Origin: Lama guanicoe | Taxonomy: Eukaryota | Direction: 5' to 3' | Assembly (NCBI GenBank): GCA_013239625.1 | Contig: MU053758.1 | Location: 1,612,001 to 1,676,000 of the forward strand | DNA length: 64,000 nucleotides | Part shown: one piece after another, positions 59,801 through 64,000 of the stretch | Numbering within the stretch: the first letter of the stretch is position 1 | Layout: each line of letters opens with the position of its first letter | Translations under genes and position numbers: made by a program | The notes under the pieces: model-generated | Database searches by the model: none | What the model was told of the DNA's origin: nothing | Seen by the model: the letters and a program-made list of their open reading frames with translations, nothing else

Positions 59801-60711
59801 GCCCGCCTTGGGGGTCGGAGGGGCTCCCTCAGCTGGCCCGCTCAGCTCGTGGAGGTTCAGTGGTGGGCTGGGGGGTGGCATTTCGAAATCCAAGCTCTTG
59901 TTGAAGTCAGTCTCAGCTGTCACCTTCTTGGGGGACTGATTCAGGAGGTTGCTGGGGGGTGGCCACACACCCTCGTCCACTTGCCTGGGGTTGGGAGAGT
60001 TGGGAGCAGCTGTGAGGCCAGCAGGGTGGTGGCCCCACGGAGGGGAGCCTGGCCTGAGGGAGGTGGGGTGTGAGGAAGGCTCTGGGGTCTTGCAGGACAA
60101 ATGGAAGGGCCTGGGGCGGAGTGACTGCACCCAGCCTATGGGAGAGCCAAGCCTACAACATGCGAGGGGTCACAGGTCAGAGGCAAGGTGCAGATACAGA
60201 CGGCACACTAGAGACCTTGGGGGAAGTTGGGATAAAAAGTCAGGCTGATCTATGGATCTGGGCCCAGTGTGCCCCCCTGGGAGGTCGGAGTTCAGAGGTC
60301 AGAGATAAGAGGTCAGAGATAGAATGACCTTCGGATCTGGGCCAGCGTGTCTGTGACCCCACGGCAGCGCTTGAGTAGCCCATCCAGACGCTGTGGCTCC
60401 TCCTTCAGGAACTTCACTGCCTCCACCTCCACACGCAGCACTACCCGCATCTTGCTCTGCAGGCCTGGGAAGTGAGCTGAGGGGAGGGGAAGGAGTGAGC
60501 TGGGGAGGATGAGCAGCAGGAGGGGGTGCAGTGCCTGGGGTGGGAGTAGGGGAGCCATGCTCTCTGGCCCCCAGGCTCACCCTTGAGCTCAGTCAGCGTC
60601 TCCCCGAGCTGCTTGAGCACCAGCGCCTTCTCCTCCAGTTCGGGCCCAGGTACCAGTCGGTGGTTGTGGGATACATCCCTCTGGATCTTCTCCACTGACT
60701 TCTCCAGGTCA
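44732..60711 (-). CDS. SRCIN1: SRCIN1 (p140Cap/SNIP), 3' part of the spliced CDS; 5' exons lie beyond the window end
   Basis: 8 GT-AG exons in consistent phase: coiled-coil region, PPPPPPRRSF proline-rich motif, C-terminus RTSIPVLTSFGARNSSISF*. Confidence 0.96.
45465..45645. mobile_element. MER5A-like MITE
   Basis: aaatgcagattcccgggccccgccccaga...gaatctgcatttta. Confidence 0.65.
47080..47600 (+). mobile_element. Old MLT1 LTR with an internal short L1 tail
   Basis: ttgtttaagccattt duplicated around a T-rich insert; ttctgttatttgcagctgaaagcattcc. Confidence 0.55.
48204..48290 (+). mobile_element. tRNA-Ala-derived SINE, short form
   Basis: gggtatagctcatcagtagagtgcatgcttagcatgcatgaggtcctgggttcaatccccagtacctcc + poly(A). 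Confidence 0.87.
52132..52278 (-). CDS. SRCIN1: SRCIN1 penultimate exon, SGGGSVPPMKVVTPG...EYMRIQAQQQ
   Basis: ttcctgcag acceptor, CAG|gtaagc donor, 147 nt, phase 0-0. Confidence 0.95.
53146..53727 (-). CDS. SRCIN1: Putative alternative SRCIN1 exon, VPPGPRPFCIPRIILTEC...RMDSLEETLQELEATLSQM...PPGPQ (may instead read on to the stop at 52807)
   Basis: ctctcttctctccccag acceptor, 582 nt open frame, phase 0-0 with weak CAG|gtgttt donor; lies inside the 360-aa ORF 52807..53889. Confidence 0.6.
56080..56202 (-). CDS. SRCIN1: Putative alternative SRCIN1 exon, VFERSSMSPLPPTPRRQPIPTLLSPQDPGPPGGSALGLTWK
   Basis: ttctgctccccag acceptor, AAG|gtaacg donor, 123 nt, phase 0-0, open in frame. Confidence 0.65.
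56805..56957 (-). CDS. SRCIN1: SRCIN1 exon, KAESEELEVQKPQVKLRR...DEDRIIAELE
   Basis: cttgcag acceptor, GAG|gtgagt donor, 153 nt, phase 0-0. Confidence 0.95.
57261..57415 (-). CDS. SRCIN1: SRCIN1 exon, (D)ELTVPRYRTEKPSKSPPPPPPRRSF...DSAFIK (proline-rich)
   Basis: cccacag acceptor, AAG|gtacca donor, 155 nt, phase 1-0. Confidence 0.95.
57630..57795. mobile_element. MER5A MITE
   Basis: ctactcaaagagtggtcc...ctgggagcttgttagaaatgcaga...tttgagaa. Confidence 0.78.
59060..59294 (-). CDS. SRCIN1: SRCIN1 exon, AAERDWEEKRAALTQYSAKDINRLL...SGRRGS(D)
   Basis: ctctcaag acceptor, CAG|gtatgg donor, 235 nt, phase 0-1. Confidence 0.94.
59738..59984 (-). CDS. SRCIN1: SRCIN1 exon, (R)QVDEGVWPPPSNLL...VDKAVSVE
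   Basis: ccccag acceptor, GAG|gtgctg donor, 247 nt, phase 2-0. Confidence 0.94.
60329..60476 (-). CDS. SRCIN1: SRCIN1 exon, (A)HFPGLQSKMRVVLRVEVEAVKFLKEEP...LAQIR(R)
   Basis: ccctcag acceptor, AG|gtcatt donor, 148 nt, phase 1-2. Confidence 0.94.
60581..60711 (-). CDS. SRCIN1: SRCIN1 exon, DLEKSVEKIQRDVSHNHRL...GETLTELK(A)
   Basis: ctgcag acceptor, AAGG|gtgagc donor, 131 nt, phase 2-1. Confidence 0.94.
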
Positions 60712-62349
60712 CTGCAGCCACAGAAAGACCCTTTCAGATCCTCTGGCCCCAGCCCAGCTCCCTGAAATTGGGCAGCTGGAAAGAAATCAGGCCACTGGTC
60801 AGGTCAAAATTAAGCCATCCACCAGGCCACATGCCTGAGTGAAACCAGAAAGTCAGACCTCAGAGATGACACTTCAGAAGCACTCCCTGACATGCCCTGG
60901 GTCCCCTCTTTGAAGTTCTGTTCTTTAGCAATATCAGCCCAAATCTCCTTCCCTATAACTGGCATCTTCCAATTCTCATTACGCCAAGGAGGCAGCAGAG
61001 AACCTGGTAGCTTTTCAGAGAACTGGAGATGGCTGCATATGCCCCTTGGAGGTGGCACTGCCACATCCATCTACCTTTTCTCAAATGATCTAGACATTCA
61101 GCCTCTTTCCTTGAAGAAAAAGCTACTTTAGATTTTTCAGATGGTTTATGCTAAGCTTGTATCATTTTAAAACCCCACATCTTTCTAAAATGTAGATCAG
61201 ACCAAGTCACCACCTGCTGTGTTGAACCCAAAATGGATCCTGACAGTCTGAGGCTAAAAATCCAAACCCTTCAATGCAGCCAAGAAAGGCCAGGAAGGTA
61301 GTAGTTGAAAATTTGACCCCAGAGTCAGATCCAAATTTCAATCCCAGCTCTGCTCACCCAGCAGAGATCTTGGGCAGGTTACCAACCCTCTCCAGACCTC
61401 AAACTCTTCATCCAAAAAATGAGGATGGTAAGAGTTCCTCCTTCCTGGGGCCATTGTGAGGATTAAATGAGCTAATACAAGGGACCAGTGCCTGGGGGCT
61501 GCTCTTATTGTCCCTCTAGCCACATCCCCTGTCCTCCTCCTCAGGCTTGCTTCTGTTTAGAATCATCCAGAATTTCTCAGAAGTTTCCTTGAATGCGCTG
61601 CTCTCCCTGGGTCTTTATAACACCATTTCCTCTGCCTAGAACACTCCATTTACCAACCCCCTCCACACGTGACTAATTCCCATTCATCCTCAGTTCTCAA
61701 TAGGACCCTCTCTCCCATTCCCTACACTTGGGGTTGGGGGTCTGCTTCCTGCCCCCCAAGCCCCTGGAGCCCCTGTTCGCTGGGCTACGTAGCTCCAGGC
61801 AGGCAGAGATCATATCTTCCCAACTCATCTCTGATTCCCAGCACCTGGCATGGTGCCTGGGGCAGAATAGATGTCTGGGAAATAATTATGGAGTGAATGA
61901 ATAAGTGTAAGAAGAAACTGCTGCCCAGGCAGGTCATTTCAGTTCTGTACTTGAGTCAGTGACATCCCTGACCCACATGCAGGACTTTACATACATTCCT
62001 GTCAAATCCCATCTGTTGGATTTCAGCTCAGCCATCCAGGTAGGAACTTCTGAATCTCAGTTCTACCATCCAACAGATTTGCTCCCCCTCAAAGCTCTGT
62101 GTCATCAGCAAATCTTATCAGCATGCTTTATACATCTTCATCCAACTGGCGGGTGAAAAGATAGACTACATTGCAGCCAAGGACAAAATCCTGTGAGTCA
62201 GCTCTACCCGTTAAAGTTATCTTGGACTAAGTGCTTACGGCATGCCAGGTGCACAGTCAGCTCTTCACTTTCTTGACCTTATTTAATCCTCACAACAAAT
62301 CCTGTGAGTGGGAACCATTATTTTCCAGTTTACACACAGACAAACAGTA

Positions 62350-62710
62350 GTTCAGACTCTAGACTACATTTCCCAGCTTCCCTTGCAGTTAGAAGTGGTC
62401 CTTCTAACATCTGACATCTAGCCAATGGAATTTGAGTGGAAGGAGTACACACTGCTTCCAGTCCTGGTCCCTAAAATCCTCCCGTGTAAGCTCCTCCAAG
62501 TTCTTTTCCTCTTCTTGTTGCTTGAAAAGCAATGACCCTGTGGATGATCTTGGAAGGCATATATTGAAGATGGCAAAACCTCCGTTAGCCTGGGTCCCTG
62601 AATGACTACACAGAGGAAGGCCATTCTGCTAAGCCACCAATGCTGTTTCAAAGGTATGTCAATTACTTTTAAACCACTATCCAATTTGTTATAACAACTA
62701 TCCTAACTAA
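62350..62710 (+). mobile_element. MLT1J-like LTR
   Basis: ctacatttcccagcttcccttgcagttag; gaagatggc; agcctgggtccctgaatgacta. Confidence 0.68.
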
Positions 62711-63294
62711 TTAATTAGCTACCCTAACAAAGACAATAGGCTTTGACATAACAAACAAAACAGGAGGCTCAAGGAAATTAAGTAACTTGTCCAACATTAT
62801 ACAACTGTTTTGTGGCAAAGCAGGATCTACTCATATCTGACTTCAGCCATTGGTTTCTGCTGCATCTCACTCCCACACTGGTCTAACATCACCTCACACC
62901 CATCCACTGTCCCCCTGCCACTCCTCTGCCCAGCCCTTGCTCGGCCACACGGATAAGAACAACTCTCCTTTGCTGTGGGTAATACCTGACTGACTCAGGG
63001 TGGGCCAGTTTTGTAAAATGGTCACTCCCAAACATCACTCTGAGGACAAAGAGACCCTCATTTAAAAGAAGACTCAGGTAAGCCTCTAGGAGGAGATGAC
63101 ACTGCAACTCTCAGGCAGAAGGGATTAGGCCCCCCTTAGGCTCAGCTAACACCTCGATTTTCTGATCATGCAATCTACCAAAGCTTTGGAGCTCCTAACC
63201 TGGGCAGGATCAGATCAGCGCAAGTCTAGACATTGGGATCAGAAGGTGGTTGGGCTCTCCAGACCCAGGTTTAGTCCTGAAGGAGTTGTGAGGA

Positions 63295-63465
63295 CAGAAC
63301 CAGCTATACAATTTAGGGGAGCCTAATGTGAAATGAAGATTTTGCCTCTAGTTTAAAAATTGAGAATTTCAAGACAGCAACAGCAGAGCATTAAACTAAG
63401 CATAGGTCCTTACATGTGGAGCCCTGGGTGATTACACAGGTCACATGCCTACGAAGCTGGCCCTG
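63295..63465 (-). mobile_element. MER45A-like hAT-Tip100 MITE
   Basis: aatttcaagacagcaacagcagagcattaaac...cacaggtcac...gaagctggccctg. Confidence 0.7.
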
Positions 63466-64000
63466 GTTAGGCCAAGTTAGGCTCCAGAGGTCAAAAGGTC
63501 TCAGTCAGCAGAGGCTGCCCCTAAGGGTGACATCTGGACAGAGCTCAAGTGCTTGGGTAGAAGGACAGGTGAGTGAGACAAGCCGAATGAAGCACAGAAT
63601 CAGCTTTAACTTCCAGCAAGATGACAGGGCAAAAGGAAGATGCAAAGTGTAGCACAACAAGAGCAAGTATACAGGGGCTATAGCCAGAACAGGGGTAAGG
63701 ACGGGCCTGCTGGTCAACCCAATGCTGGGGGAGGCTGTGGGAGCTGAGGTAGGGGGCCCATCCTGGCTAAGGCAAAACCACTTCAGGGCTGGTGTGCAGC
63801 CCAGGACCCACCCAAAAAAGGCAGGAATCCCCTTCAAAGTAGATTGAGGATCCTGCCAGAAGCAACATATTTGCCCTCAAGCTCTCTCAAGCAAGCCGAC
63901 TGAGCAATGGGTTTCAGAACAGGGCAGCAGGTGGGAAGTCTGTGTATTCCTGGAGAACAGATACCCCTAGGAAGCTAAGGACCAGACACTCATATGACAG

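Noticed and set aside
1..64000. CRISPR arrays, prokaryotic operons, rRNA, snoRNA or miRNA genes
   Set aside because: Eukaryotic intron-exon locus; no regularly spaced repeat-spacer pattern or recognisable structured RNA gene seen by eye (an Rfam/miRBase scan would be needed to exclude small RNAs)

Overview
Mammalian genomic DNA, most likely camelid, judging from the many tRNA-Ala-derived vic-1-like SINEs. It holds the 3' parts of two convergent genes. ARHGAP23 (+ strand) has 14 canonical coding exons from 1103 to 32750, covering the PH domain, RhoGAP domain and C-terminal tail, with a poly(A) signal at 34224. SRCIN1/p140Cap (- strand) has 8 canonical coding exons from 60711 down to 44732, a ~3.1 kb 3' UTR and a poly(A) signal at 41616-41621. 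All canonical exons have GT-AG boundaries with consistent phases. The rest is intronic or intergenic DNA with SINE, L1, L2, MIR, MLT1 and DNA-transposon relics. Best observations: (1) a 23-nt stop-containing ARHGAP23 microexon (ADLLEI*) placed so that it should escape NMD, followed by QKI/RBFOX motifs; (2) two extra in-frame SRCIN1 exons (41 aa and 194 aa, the latter with a coiled-coil motif) that resemble the paralog KIAA1217/SKT, plus an intronic poly(A) signal; (3) a frameshift in the GC-rich last ARHGAP23 exon, probably an assembly error; (4) an inverted ETS-ATF/CRE motif pair, a CTCF motif cluster and two fold-back palindromes in old repeats. I found no evidence for a wholly new biological system. 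Ortholog and repeat-consensus comparisons are from memory and need checking.
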